64,000 nucleotides of DNA from the IMG/VR virus record IMGVR_UViG_3300026549_000029, positions 223,869 to 287,868 of that record; one strand, given 5' to 3'. Below, piece by piece: positions 10,301-20,974 of the stretch. Source of the stretch: a virus. Lineage: Duplodnaviria > Caudoviricetes. The notes beneath the pieces were generated by a model that saw nothing but the letters and a program-made list of their open reading frames with translations, was not told the origin of the DNA and ran no database searches. Positions within the stretch are counted from its first letter, which is position 1, and every line of letters begins with the position of its first letter. A program made the translations under genes and the position numbers.

Positions 10301-13300
10301 CAAATTGATGAGTCTTTAGAAAATGCTTTTGGGCAGAAATATAAAGATAGTAAAGATGTTGCTAAATCTGCAATGGAAGTAATTAAGAAGTCTCTTCCTC
10401 AAACTATGTCCTCTGGTACTATTGGAGCTATTATTGCTGGTGCTATGACTGGTTCTGGATTAGGACTTCTTGGTGGATTTGCTATTGGTGCTGGAGTTCA
10501 TGTATTAAAGAACTCTGATGATATATCTAAAAAACTTTTTGGTGATGAAGAAGGTAAGGGAGGAATGCTTCCTCCTAAAGTTTCTAATTTTATTAAAAAG
10601 AGATTACCTAAACTTACCAAATCTGGAGCTATAGGATCAGTATTAGGAGCTATGGGTATTGCTCCTGGAGGACTTCTTGGTGGTTTTGTACTTGGTGCTG
10701 GTATTGATATGCTTGCACATCAAGAAAAAGTACAAGAATTCATATCTTCTGCATTATTTGGAAATGAAGGTGTAGATGGAAAACGCCGTGGTGGTATCAT
10801 TGGTTCACTTAAAGTTAGAGTAGTTGATCCCTTAGCTGATTATGTAAAGACTGGAATAGGTAAAGTAAAAGATTTCTTTAAAAATACTATATTTACAAAT
10901 GTAAAGAAACTTTTTGATCCTCTTACCGATTGGGTTAAAGGTAAGGGAACTAAAATGCTTGATGAAGTTACAGGTGGAATAAAATCTATAATTCATCGTA
11001 TCGGAAGAAATATTGGAGAAATATTTAATAAAACTATTGGTAGATTATTATCAGCTATTGGATTCACTGGAGATAAAGCCTTAACTTTTGGTGGAAAACT
11101 TGCAGCTCTTCCATTTAAAGGTATTGGTGGGCTTGGTGATGCTCTTAATAGACATAATATAAAGATGGGTTATTCTTCTGCTTCTGCTGCCGAAAGAGTA
11201 GCAGCAATGGGAGATAAAGCTACCGATTATGATAAAACTTTAGCAGCATATGAAACATCTGGAAATATTAAAGGTGCTAAAGATTTTGTACAAAGAGTAC
11301 ATTTTTATGCTAATAGTGAAAAGAATGCTAGAAAAGCTCTTGCTTCTCAAAGAGAAGATTTAGCAGATACTATGGTAGCTACATTAGATAATGGTGGAGC
11401 TGCTGATCCTAAAATTGTTAATGCTCTTAGATCAGCTATGCGAAGAGCTACTACAACTACTAAAGTTGGTATTGGTTTTAATAAAAAGAGTATTCAGCAT
11501 ACAGACTATAGTAGAGTAATAGCTGATATCAAAGCTGGTAAATATAAAGGTATAACTAATAAAAGAGCCGAAGAAGCTATTAAATTACTTACTGCAAAAC
11601 AAGCAGAATTTAATGAAAGATATAATCAATTAGATAATTGGGGAGCTGCTCAAGAAGCAGAATTCTCTAAGGATGAATATAAAGGTTATGATCTTAGAGG
11701 ATTATCTGGTAAGCTTAGCGATAAAAAATTACTTAAATTAAGACGTCAGACAAATGCTGATTTAAGAAAAATTAGTGAAAATGATAGAGAGAAATGGATA
11801 CAAGATGAAAATAAAACTCTTGCAGATAGAATAGAGCAAGATAAAAATGAACATCCTCTTGATGATAAAAGAAATACTATTCTTGAAAATATTTTAACTC
11901 CTGTTAAAGCTATTGCTCAACATCTTGGAGTTAATTTACCTGAAAAAAATTCTTTTGATAAAGCTAAAGAAAATACAAAAATTCCTAGTGAAGAAAGTAA
12001 ATCTTCTGAAAATTCTGGGCCCAAAGAAGGAGATACAAGACAGAATCCTACCACTGGAGAAAATGAAGAATTTAGAGGTGGTAAATGGGTTCCTGATTTA
12101 TCTAATAAAGAAACTAAGGATAAGAAGAATGAAGAAAAGGAAGAGAAAAATCTTAGAACAAGATTTTATAATTTCTTTCTTGGTGGAGGTCTTCTTACAA
12201 GTCTTAAAGGAATTTTTGGTATTAATAAAGAAGAAAAGAAAGAAACAATATTTGATAAATTAAAGAAATTACTTGGTGGAGCCGCTAGTGCTATTGGTGG
12301 ATTTTTATCTCCTATTACTAGTGCTATAAGTGGTTTACTTGGTAATCTTGCTGGTGGTGGATTATCTGGAGCCCTTTCTGGTATCGGTGGAGCTATTACT
12401 AAAGGCCTTGGAGAATTTATTACTGGTGGTGGATTAGCTACAGCTTTATCTGCTGTTGGTCTTGGATGGTTATTTAATAAAGCTCATGATAAGTTAGAAG
12501 GAACAGATAAAGACTCTAGAGTTCGTAAAGGTATAGATCTTTCTACTCTTAAAAGTAGTAAAGATATGAATCCTTTAGAAAGAGCATATTATGGATCTAA
12601 AGATGTAGAAAATGTCATTAGAAATCGTAATATGCTTGCTTATGATAAAGATGATTTTGTATCAGATTATGCTGTAGACAGAGGAATTAAAACTACTGGT
12701 TTTAATTTAGTTTCTGGAATGGCTTTTGGTGGGAAAATTGGATCTATAGGTGCTAAAGTAGTAGGAGGTACTGTAGGAAATATTCCTATTGTAGGAAAAG
12801 CTTTAGCTGCTCCTATGAAATATGCTTCTAAATTAGGGTCTAATCTTCCAAAAGTTTCAGAATTTGTTAAGAAAGGTGCCACTAAACTTACTACTGGTGA
12901 AGGTGGTTCCGTATTTGGATCATTTTCGGAGAAATATCTTGGAAAAAGAGCTACTAATTTCTTAACAGATGTAGCTGATAATGGTCTTATTTCTACTATA
13001 GCTGATAGACTTAAAAGTATCTTTAACTGGGTATTTAATAAACTTGGTATAAAACAAGCTGGAGCTGCTGCAGATGAAGCTGCAGAAACAGCAGGTCAAG
13101 CTATTGCACAAAATGGTGGTGCTAGTCTTGGCAAATTATTAAGTACTATTGGTACTGTTGTATATATAGGAAGAATTATTCTTGCTCTTGAAGATGGTTT
13201 TGAAAAACCTAGAGCAAAAGTTATTCTTGGCATTACTATAGATCCCACAATTCCTCAAAGATTATTGGCAGCTGCATTAAATGCTATTAATTATGCTATT

Positions 13301-16300
13301 CCCGGAATTGGAGGACTTATACCTACTGAAGTTTTATTTAATGTATTATACTGGGTATTTAATAAATTTGGAGTTGATCTTGGTGGATTAGATAAAGCTA
13401 GAGCTGAAGCTAAGATTACTCTTGAGGAATATAGAAAAGCTACTAATAATCCTGGAGCTACTCTTGAAGAATATGTTCATAATGAACTTGGTGAATATAC
13501 AACACAAGAAAAAGTTAAAAAGGCTATTGGTGGTACTATTGGTAAAGTAAAAGATTTTGGAGTTGGAGTTGCAAAAGGAGCTAAAAATTTAGGTTCTAAA
13601 GCAGTTACTACTGTTAAATCTGCAGGATCTAAAGCTATAAAAGGTATTAAGAATTTTGGTACAGGAGTTGCTAATGGTGCTAAAAACTTAATAGCTGCTG
13701 CAGGAAATAAATTAGCTAAAGGAAAAGATTACTTAAAAGAAGCTATAACTGCTGTCACTGGTCTTGCTGGTGATATGGAAAAAGTATTTATAAATAGATC
13801 TTCTAAGATGAGTGATGTTATTAATGTTAAACCTAAAATCAAGGAAGATAATCCTCTTTATGGAATTACAAATGCTATATCTAATAATGCTAAAGTAGCT
13901 ATAGTTCCTGGTTTATTTATAAAATATACAGGAATTAAGATTGGAAATTCTATAAAAGATTTAGCTAATAAAGTTAAAACTGCAATTGAACCCTATATTG
14001 AAATAGCTGGAACTATCGCTCAAGATATTGGGGATACCGTATCTCAAAATATTGATTCTTTTAAATCTGGAGATATTGTTGGTCTTTGGACAAATAAATC
14101 TACAGTAAGTGAAGATAATCCTTTTGGAGTTGTATCAACAGCTGCTAATGTTGCAACTTCAGCTGCTCTTACTATGCCTACAGTATATTCGTTTATAGGT
14201 CATAAGATTGTAGGCGGAATAAAATCTGTAGCAGAATTTGTAGTAAAAGAAGCTAATAATATTGGTGCTATTGGAAAAGCTACTAGAGAATATATGATAG
14301 CAGGAGATCTTAAAGGATTAATATCTTCTGATAATTCTGATGCTGGTAGTGAAACTGGAGTAATATCTACAATAGCTAATTATGGATATAAATTTAGTTA
14401 TTTAATTCCTACAGCTATAAATGCATTAGGAAATAAAATTAGTGAAATATTTACAAAAGCTAAAAGCTCTATTCCCGATATTAAAAATGTGGTATCTAAA
14501 CTTTGGGAATATTCTGATAATTCTAAAGATTTTAGTACTTATAAATCTACTGTAGAATCTTTCTTAGTTAAAGATAATTCAGATATTTATTCTGGTATTA
14601 ATAATAGTATAGTATCTCTTACTGGTGGAATTATGGAAATGGCTCTTAAAGTTGTAAGAGCTATACGTTTCATAGGCGATAAAGTTGGAGATGCTATAGA
14701 ATGGGGTAAAGATAAAGTAGATTGGGTTGGTAATAAAGTATCTAGTGGTTGGAATACCGCTACAACTATAGTAGATGATGCTGCTACAACAGTTAAAAAC
14801 TTTGTTACTGGAACTGGATCTGGCATTCATGTTACCCAAAGAGGTTCTAATAGAAAATTTGGTTCTTCTAATGTAGATGAAAATGGCTGTGGTCCTGCTA
14901 CTGCTGCTACTGTGCTTAGAGCATATGGTAGAGGTGGTAATCTTGATGATGCCGTATCTTGGGCAGAAGCTGGTGGATATGTAGCTGGATCTTCTGGTGT
15001 AGGTACAAGAGCATCTTATTTCTCTGATATATTAGGAGCAAATGGAATTAGAACTTCTTATACTAATTCTAAAAATTCTATTAGAGGAGCTGTTGGGTCA
15101 GGTAATCCTACTATATTACTTGGACAGGATAGATCTAATAAATCTAAAGTAAATTCTCCATTTGGACCAAATCCTCATTATGTTGTAGCTAGAGGATCTG
15201 ATTCAAGAGGAAATATACTTATTGATGATCCAGAATTAGGAGCTCCTACTGTATATAATAAAAAGATTCTTAATAATGCTAAACTTGGAATACTTACTGG
15301 TGGTGGTAGTAATCCAGTTAAAGAATCTGATGGTGCTGTATGGAATTATCTTAAATCTGCTGGACTTACAGATGCTGGTACAGCTGGATTAATGGGTAAT
15401 CTTTATGGTGAATCTGGAATTACTTTTAATAAATTAGAAAAGCTTTGTGCCAATAGATTAAGAGAAACAGGTAAAGGTAATTATACCGATGAATCTTATA
15501 CTGCTGCTATTGATAATGGTACTTTAGATAAAACTCATTTCTTACATCCAAGATATCCAGATAAAAATAGTAGTGGTAAAGATTATCAATATGGCTATGG
15601 ACTTGTTCAATGGACATCTCCTTCTAGAAAAGAAGGATTGTATGATCTTGTTAAATCTAAAGGCGTATCTATAGCAGATCCTAATACGCAATTAGAATAT
15701 CTTGTATATGAGCTTAAAAATAAATATCCTGGAGTATATAAAACTCTTACTACAACTAATAATTTACAAGAAGCATCTGATCTTGTACTTAAAGATTTTG
15801 AAAGTCCTTCTGAATGGCAAAAACAGACTGGTACAAGAAAGAGTTATGGAGAAACTTATTTAAATAAGTTTTCTGCTAATCCTCCAGCTAATACTAGTTT
15901 TGGAACAACAACTGCAGGTGTAAGTACTTCATCTTCTAGTACAGCTTCTGGACCTGTTCTTGAATTCCCGAAATATAATCTTAGTGAGCAACAATTAAAA
16001 GGTGCTGCTAATATTATTCAGAATGAGCAAGGTGGAATTCAAGGTAGATATGCAGAAGCATCATTAATGGCAAACCAAGTTGATATGAAAGATGATAGTA
16101 GGGCTAATGCAGAAAACCTTATTAAACATCTTAAAGGCGGCTGGTTTGCTAAAGGAGCAACAAGATATGAAGAAGGATTTAATGGTAGTGCTAAAATTGA
16201 ACCTTCTGCTCTTGCTGCTGCTACAGATGTATTTAATAATGGTAAAAGAACTTTACCTAGATATGTAGATGAACATGATTGTTTTGCTGATTTAGCAATA

Positions 16301-19141
16301 ATTAATGGAAAATCTACTGGACTCACTAAGGGAATGGGATTCCAAGCAAGAGCAAAAAATACACCAAGCTGGGCTAAAGATAGATCTATGTATACTCTTG
16401 GTATGCCTATCAAAAATGTATATGGTTCAGATTGGAAATTCTCATTATTCCCGGATGATAAATCTGATCCATTTGGATATATTTCTGATGAAATGCGTCA
16501 GAAACATGGAGAAGCTCATTATGAAATTGATGCTTCTGGTAATGTAACAGCCCCATCTGGATATTCTTCTAATAGTAGTAGTAATGCACAAGGTTCTGCA
16601 GCAGCTGCTTCATCTGGAGCTCCTGGAGGTACTAATCTTTCTAGTATTCTTAGTAGTGCATTCAGTAAAGTATTTCAAGCTGTTGGAAAAGGGCTTAGTG
16701 GAACTGCTGCAAGTATATTTAAACTTATTACAGGTGGATTTAGTCTTGGAGCTAATGCTGGAACTGAATCTAATGGCGATGCAAGCGTAACAACAGCTGA
16801 TACATCATCAAATTCTGGTGGCGTAGCAACATCTAGTGGCAATACTACACAAGAGAATGCTATTGTGCAAAAGATGAATTCTATTCTTGGTACATCTCAT
16901 TATTCTATGAGTGGTGCAAGAGATCCATCTAAAGGAAGTTCAGACTGTTCATCTACTGTTCAATGGGTTCTTAAAAATTCGATTGGTGTTAATCCTGGTG
17001 GTTCTACACCAGAAATTTTAGATAGTTCTAATGGTATAATTGTTGATAAATATACAAGTGGTGATCCATTACAGCAAACCTCATCAGGACCAAATCTTGA
17101 TAGATTAAGACCTGGTGATTTACTTCTTTATTCAAGACCTACTTCTGGATTTTCTTCTGGAAGAAAATATAGAGTTGGTCACGTAGAGATGTATATGGGT
17201 CAAGGAAAAAGAGCTGGTCATGGCTCTGGAGTTGGACCTATTGTAACTGATGCTAATAGTGATGCAAAAAGATATATTCTTTCTAAGAGATATACTACAG
17301 AACAGCCATCAACATCTTCATCAACAACTACAGCAACTGGAACTGGTTCTGGATTACCATTATATAAATATATAGGTGGTAAATCAGCTGCTGGTGCATC
17401 AAGTGAATATGATTATGATGATAGAGATGATGGACATGCAAAACCTTATCCTACTGGTTATGGTACTCCTCATTCTATGATAGAAATTGCTAGATCTCAA
17501 CTTGGTGTTTTAGAAGGTGGACTTGGTGAAAAAGATAAGAGTGGTAACTGGATTCCCCACTCTGGTAATATTACAGACTATGGTAAATTTATGGGAATGG
17601 ATAAGCAACCTTGGTGTGCTTCATTTGTATCCTGGGTTATGGATAAAACATTTAATGGTGATAAAACTGCTAGAAATAAAGCTTTAAAAGGAAACATTTC
17701 TGCTGCTGTATCAGGTCTTTGGGATAATTTCAAAAGTGCTGGTGCAATGACAAATGAACCTCAACCTGGTGATGTTGTAATATTTAAAAATGGATCTTCT
17801 CATACTGGTATTGTAGAAACTGTTAATGGAAAACAGATTTCTACAATTGAAGGTAATACTGGATCTAGCAATGAATTTAACCGTAATGGTGGTGTTGTTG
17901 CTAGACATCAGTGGACTTTAGGCGATGGAAGTTCCATGGATAAAAAACTCACTGGATTTGGTAGACCTGATTGGAGTGGAGCTACTGCTTCAGGTTCTGG
18001 ATTACCATTATATAAATTTGTAGGTGGAGCTTCAGGATCTGCTGGAGATTTTCATCGTATGCAGCACTTAGAACCTGGTAAAGCTTTACCAACCCCACCA
18101 GGAAAGGGAACAGCTGCTAGTTATATTGATATAGCTAGATCTCAACTTGGTGTCGAAGAAGGTGGTGTATGCAACGATCCAAATGATAGTTCATATGGAA
18201 AACCAAATTCAGGTAATATTACTGATTATGGTAAATTTACTGGTTATGATAAGGAACCATGGTGTGCATCATTTGTATCATGGTTAATGGATAAAAATTA
18301 TAATGGTAATGCAAAAGCTAGAGATATAGCTCTTAGAGGTCCTGTGCAAGTAGGTGTTACAGCATTTAAAAATCAATTTAAAAAAGCAGGAGCATTTTAT
18401 GAAAAAGATGCTTTACCAGGAGATTTTGTAATATTTACAAATAATAAAGCTTCTCATATCGGGTTAGTAGAAAAAGTTGATCCTGATGGAACTATTCATA
18501 CCATAGAAGGAAATACTGGTAGTGGTAATGAATATAATCGTAATGGTGGAATGGTTGCAAGACATCATTTTAAGATAGGAGATGGATCTACTCTAGCCAA
18601 TAAACTTACTGGTTTTGGACGGCCTGACTATGAAGGCGGATATTATGAATTATATGGCAAAGCTGCTGAATCTTGGGAAGCTGATAATGAAGCTATAAGA
18701 TCAATGATGAATAAAACTGCTGCTGGTTCCGGTCTTTGGACTCCTATAGGCGGAGCTACAAAATCATCTAAAAACAAAAATACTAAAAAATATAAAGTAG
18801 ATCCTTTAATTGCAGCTGATATAGCTAGGCAAACAAATAATAGTTCTGATTATTCTTTAACTTCATCTAGAGCTGTAAATCATTCTATAGATTATAGTGC
18901 TCCTAATGATGTTGCTACTTCTCTTAATAGTATTCTTGAGTATTTAAAGATTATTGCAGAGAATAGTAAATATGAATCTGCACTGCCTACTATTGTTGAT
19001 CTTGTTTCTAAATTAGCTGGAATTACTGCTACAGTAAATTCTAATTCTACTAGTATCGAAAATCAGGATAAAGTAAGTAATATCAATTCTGATATATCTG
19101 CTATTATTCAGAAATTAGATGCTATTTCAAGTTCACTTTAA
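7382..19141 (+). CDS. Tail tape-measure protein with multiple C-terminal peptidoglycan hydrolase domains
   Basis: 3919 aa; long helical and Gly/Ala-rich body. C-terminal motifs: GCGPA...HYVV (C39-like), GLMGNLYGESG...GYGLVQWT (phage tail lysozyme), NIIQNEQGG..AEASLMANQ (SleB-like), SDCSS...PGDLL...GHVEMY (NlpC/P60), two PWCASFVSW...HxGxV...TIEGNT (CHAP). Confidence 0.85.
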   Translation: MARFDPKTYAKNVLRSAGYITVESIKGVNPTLTSYITETASSAKEMYDFAKDFKRNIRNKLDETDGRLTREFDKQKKNILDDIRTGKFYNPEREKAALNEYMKKEGFSFDDLDFDIDEDFGEDSSESSSGETKAINSLSMTQQKLTAASTDEIVRASKANTKLSIKTTNRMFGMVNNSLAVINTSILNLHQDLAKPINTHIINSGNFYQAATTEMAMQTKYLENINRILTERYETKKKGFNNTGYKTSAWEDVFGNGLPNLKKWGSHAKTKFMNSTALGAFSDLLSPEMLDMIFESGAISSPIAQLAVFGLTNRLQSSKFGKSLNRTEDILRGGFTQLAAAISTRARNISKNRKTDIYGKGGGILSAILDALDITPKANKKIDHSKYNRGPVDWDGESKKALTEVIPTQLAMIISQLGGTPKVFNYKTGKWETVNQATKQFKEERRKAIASENYRLKDTITRDFIDEYNAKLSTGESMMTYRSKGTLDLSRDFDRVMEYFTLNNIDSFADAGTVLNDLAQKGIISKRSAEQLKKSFNKHAGSFSSAVYNSRVGNNKFMASAGQGTFGMISNGSGLAKASYNMNKTGAYTNSILGLKDNKGHDIYFYLQSFYSSFKYLEDALSTQNFSRGRGRTFRRRNNRYDVPISEELRRIQEQEERQDQIRNRREGSSTTRITDEYDSREGTFKKSSFNKTEQRAKEDERSSIFTRGIDKFNDALSKMFFGNNNINQMIANGGLLGAIKDLPGNIAKAIDELKDKAKNWLGEKWRNFKESDFGREYFGSMKDQVRGMGRSVWGHARQSAGRVVEFFSDRGSKPSGARGGFVTKSGMVSVSEGEMIIPSEKNPFYRGRTNKSSQRAQEAMNYRRWVAQGGNKDDYWGSYREGGEPYKNKKIVDKIKELVFADASESEIEAAVKAINTGAAKGKASIDKIRATVNQIKESVEYKAKLKKQKQQELYDNAKNSKIGKKVINAGRQIDESLENAFGQKYKDSKDVAKSAMEVIKKSLPQTMSSGTIGAIIAGAMTGSGLGLLGGFAIGAGVHVLKNSDDISKKLFGDEEGKGGMLPPKVSNFIKKRLPKLTKSGAIGSVLGAMGIAPGGLLGGFVLGAGIDMLAHQEKVQEFISSALFGNEGVDGKRRGGIIGSLKVRVVDPLADYVKTGIGKVKDFFKNTIFTNVKKLFDPLTDWVKGKGTKMLDEVTGGIKSIIHRIGRNIGEIFNKTIGRLLSAIGFTGDKALTFGGKLAALPFKGIGGLGDALNRHNIKMGYSSASAAERVAAMGDKATDYDKTLAAYETSGNIKGAKDFVQRVHFYANSEKNARKALASQREDLADTMVATLDNGGAADPKIVNALRSAMRRATTTTKVGIGFNKKSIQHTDYSRVIADIKAGKYKGITNKRAEEAIKLLTAKQAEFNERYNQLDNWGAAQEAEFSKDEYKGYDLRGLSGKLSDKKLLKLRRQTNADLRKISENDREKWIQDENKTLADRIEQDKNEHPLDDKRNTILENILTPVKAIAQHLGVNLPEKNSFDKAKENTKIPSEESKSSENSGPKEGDTRQNPTTGENEEFRGGKWVPDLSNKETKDKKNEEKEEKNLRTRFYNFFLGGGLLTSLKGIFGINKEEKKETIFDKLKKLLGGAASAIGGFLSPITSAISGLLGNLAGGGLSGALSGIGGAITKGLGEFITGGGLATALSAVGLGWLFNKAHDKLEGTDKDSRVRKGIDLSTLKSSKDMNPLERAYYGSKDVENVIRNRNMLAYDKDDFVSDYAVDRGIKTTGFNLVSGMAFGGKIGSIGAKVVGGTVGNIPIVGKALAAPMKYASKLGSNLPKVSEFVKKGATKLTTGEGGSVFGSFSEKYLGKRATNFLTDVADNGLISTIADRLKSIFNWVFNKLGIKQAGAAADEAAETAGQAIAQNGGASLGKLLSTIGTVVYIGRIILALEDGFEKPRAKVILGITIDPTIPQRLLAAALNAINYAIPGIGGLIPTEVLFNVLYWVFNKFGVDLGGLDKARAEAKITLEEYRKATNNPGATLEEYVHNELGEYTTQEKVKKAIGGTIGKVKDFGVGVAKGAKNLGSKAVTTVKSAGSKAIKGIKNFGTGVANGAKNLIAAAGNKLAKGKDYLKEAITAVTGLAGDMEKVFINRSSKMSDVINVKPKIKEDNPLYGITNAISNNAKVAIVPGLFIKYTGIKIGNSIKDLANKVKTAIEPYIEIAGTIAQDIGDTVSQNIDSFKSGDIVGLWTNKSTVSEDNPFGVVSTAANVATSAALTMPTVYSFIGHKIVGGIKSVAEFVVKEANNIGAIGKATREYMIAGDLKGLISSDNSDAGSETGVISTIANYGYKFSYLIPTAINALGNKISEIFTKAKSSIPDIKNVVSKLWEYSDNSKDFSTYKSTVESFLVKDNSDIYSGINNSIVSLTGGIMEMALKVVRAIRFIGDKVGDAIEWGKDKVDWVGNKVSSGWNTATTIVDDAATTVKNFVTGTGSGIHVTQRGSNRKFGSSNVDENGCGPATAATVLRAYGRGGNLDDAVSWAEAGGYVAGSSGVGTRASYFSDILGANGIRTSYTNSKNSIRGAVGSGNPTILLGQDRSNKSKVNSPFGPNPHYVVARGSDSRGNILIDDPELGAPTVYNKKILNNAKLGILTGGGSNPVKESDGAVWNYLKSAGLTDAGTAGLMGNLYGESGITFNKLEKLCANRLRETGKGNYTDESYTAAIDNGTLDKTHFLHPRYPDKNSSGKDYQYGYGLVQWTSPSRKEGLYDLVKSKGVSIADPNTQLEYLVYELKNKYPGVYKTLTTTNNLQEASDLVLKDFESPSEWQKQTGTRKSYGETYLNKFSANPPANTSFGTTTAGVSTSSSSTASGPVLEFPKYNLSEQQLKGAANIIQNEQGGIQGRYAEASLMANQVDMKDDSRANAENLIKHLKGGWFAKGATRYEEGFNGSAKIEPSALAAATDVFNNGKRTLPRYVDEHDCFADLAIINGKSTGLTKGMGFQARAKNTPSWAKDRSMYTLGMPIKNVYGSDWKFSLFPDDKSDPFGYISDEMRQKHGEAHYEIDASGNVTAPSGYSSNSSSNAQGSAAAASSGAPGGTNLSSILSSAFSKVFQAVGKGLSGTAASIFKLITGGFSLGANAGTESNGDASVTTADTSSNSGGVATSSGNTTQENAIVQKMNSILGTSHYSMSGARDPSKGSSDCSSTVQWVLKNSIGVNPGGSTPEILDSSNGIIVDKYTSGDPLQQTSSGPNLDRLRPGDLLLYSRPTSGFSSGRKYRVGHVEMYMGQGKRAGHGSGVGPIVTDANSDAKRYILSKRYTTEQPSTSSSTTTATGTGSGLPLYKYIGGKSAAGASSEYDYDDRDDGHAKPYPTGYGTPHSMIEIARSQLGVLEGGLGEKDKSGNWIPHSGNITDYGKFMGMDKQPWCASFVSWVMDKTFNGDKTARNKALKGNISAAVSGLWDNFKSAGAMTNEPQPGDVVIFKNGSSHTGIVETVNGKQISTIEGNTGSSNEFNRNGGVVARHQWTLGDGSSMDKKLTGFGRPDWSGATASGSGLPLYKFVGGASGSAGDFHRMQHLEPGKALPTPPGKGTAASYIDIARSQLGVEEGGVCNDPNDSSYGKPNSGNITDYGKFTGYDKEPWCASFVSWLMDKNYNGNAKARDIALRGPVQVGVTAFKNQFKKAGAFYEKDALPGDFVIFTNNKASHIGLVEKVDPDGTIHTIEGNTGSGNEYNRNGGMVARHHFKIGDGSTLANKLTGFGRPDYEGGYYELYGKAAESWEADNEAIRSMMNKTAAGSGLWTPIGGATKSSKNKNTKKYKVDPLIAADIARQTNNSSDYSLTSSRAVNHSIDYSAPNDVATSLNSILEYLKIIAENSKYESALPTIVDLVSKLAGITATVNSNSTSIENQDKVSNINSDISAIIQKLDAISSSL

Positions 19142-19147
19142 TATTAT

Positions 19148-19175
19148 TGGAGTTGGGTTTAATAGCCCAACTCCA
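19148..19175 (+). terminator. Stem-loop after the tape-measure gene
   Basis: TGGAGTTGGG...CCCAACTCCA inverted repeat; weak U-tract. Confidence 0.5.
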
Positions 19176-19203
19176 TATTAATTAGTAATGGAGGTATAAT
19201 AAA

Positions 19204-20895
19204 ATGCCTGATAATCCTTCAACAGATAATCCTAATACTGATACTCCTAGTACTGATAATACCGGTACTAATACACAAGATACTCAGACTCCTTCTGCCT
19301 CTCCAGATGAAAGTAGTAGTGCTCCGTCTAATCCTGGATATGAATATGTAGATACTTCAATAGAAGATAATATAGATGATAATGCAGAATTTGAAGAATT
19401 ATATGGACATCAAGTTACATATGAATCTTATTCAGATCTTGTAGATGATCTCAGACATAATAGCAATATATATCAAGCTAATGGTAAAAAATCTAGTTCT
19501 AATTATGCTAAAAAAATAACAGATAATATTACTGGCATATTTGGTATTCCTTATCAATTTTCTTCTGATGTTGATCCTATAATGGAAGAGAATCCAAATT
19601 CAGCAAATGATACTGATATGCATGTAGGAAGAAAATATAGTCAGAAAATTTTATCTGTTATGCCTATATTATTCTTAACTCCTGGGGAACCTATGTTTAT
19701 GTATAAAGGTCATAATAAAGGAGGAATAGCATTAGGATTAGCACAAGATCTATATGATGCTCTTAATAATGACCATCGTGATAGTGATAGAAATAGCAGC
19801 ACTGATCAAGAGGGAAGATACTATACTTTTGCACAGAATTTTCCAGAATATAAAAAGTATGCTAATACTGCATTAAGAGCTCTTGCTTTCTATATGGGTA
19901 TACAAGATATATCTGTACCTATTCCTGGTACTAATGAAGATGAGCAATTATATAAATTAGATATTGAGCATTTTATGTCTACCGATTTTACTAAAATCTT
20001 TGGTAGTAACTGTGTTGTTCCTTTTTATTTAGATGCAGAAACTTCTATTAGTGAAGATTTTAGTAATGATACCACAGAATCTATGATTGCTCAGACTGCT
20101 AATGGATTCTCTCAGACAGCAAGAGAAATTCAATTCATATTAGGTACTAAAGATGGTGGTGGTCTTATGAAAGCTATGGGATCTGCAGTAACAGAATTAG
20201 GAACTAACTTAGCTGATGCTGCAGGTCAATTATCAGATGCTTTAGTAGGAAAGAATTTATTATCCAGAATTACTGGAGAATTAACTACTATAGTTTCTGG
20301 TGGTAAAATTATATTCCCTGAGATTTGGTCTGGTTCTTCTTATTCTAAATCTTATAATATAAATCTTAAATTAAGATCTCCAGATCCTGATCCTGTAAGT
20401 ATATTCTTAAATATATATATGCCTTTAGTATTATTAGTCTCTATGGCTAGTCCTAGACAAGTAGGAAATGGAGCTAATTCTTATGAAGCTCCTTTCTTAG
20501 TAAGAGCTACATATAAATCTATATTTAACTGTGATCTTGGAATTATACAATCCTTATCAATAACAAAAGGTGGTCCTGATAGATGGAATGTTATGGGACA
20601 ACCATATACTGCTGATGTAACTATAACTTTAAAAGATTTATATTCAGATATGTTTATATCTAAAATGATGGGATTGATTTGTAATACTGCAGAAATGGAT
20701 TACTTAGCTACAATGGCTGGAGTTAATCTAAATGACTATGAATTCACTAGATTAGCAAAGATGGCTGCTATGATATTAAGAGATGCTCCTAGAGATTATG
20801 TAGATGATTTTTGGGGAGGAGTAAAGAGAACATTAGCTCAAAAAGCAGCTGGTTTATTAGGAAACTTTTCTGATGTAAGAAGTTTAGGATGGTAA
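19204..20895 (+). CDS. Virion structural protein (possible baseplate hub / tube-associated)
   Basis: 563 aa, GGAGG RBS, directly after the tape measure; the FPEIW..S.YSKSY.I.LKLRSP...PFLVR segment is reminiscent of tube-initiator-type proteins. Confidence 0.5.
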   Translation: MPDNPSTDNPNTDTPSTDNTGTNTQDTQTPSASPDESSSAPSNPGYEYVDTSIEDNIDDNAEFEELYGHQVTYESYSDLVDDLRHNSNIYQANGKKSSSNYAKKITDNITGIFGIPYQFSSDVDPIMEENPNSANDTDMHVGRKYSQKILSVMPILFLTPGEPMFMYKGHNKGGIALGLAQDLYDALNNDHRDSDRNSSTDQEGRYYTFAQNFPEYKKYANTALRALAFYMGIQDISVPIPGTNEDEQLYKLDIEHFMSTDFTKIFGSNCVVPFYLDAETSISEDFSNDTTESMIAQTANGFSQTAREIQFILGTKDGGGLMKAMGSAVTELGTNLADAAGQLSDALVGKNLLSRITGELTTIVSGGKIIFPEIWSGSSYSKSYNINLKLRSPDPDPVSIFLNIYMPLVLLVSMASPRQVGNGANSYEAPFLVRATYKSIFNCDLGIIQSLSITKGGPDRWNVMGQPYTADVTITLKDLYSDMFISKMMGLICNTAEMDYLATMAGVNLNDYEFTRLAKMAAMILRDAPRDYVDDFWGGVKRTLAQKAAGLLGNFSDVRSLGW

Positions 20896-20974
20896 ATAAT
20901 AGAGGTAGAAGATATCTTCTACCTCTATTATATTTTTTTATTTTATAAATAACCTGTGTATAATTATAAATGAG

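Noticed and set aside
9587-17908. Short alternative-frame and antisense ORFs within the tape-measure gene (and similar ones at 34.5-35.6 kb)
   Set aside because: Shadows of real genes with biased codons.
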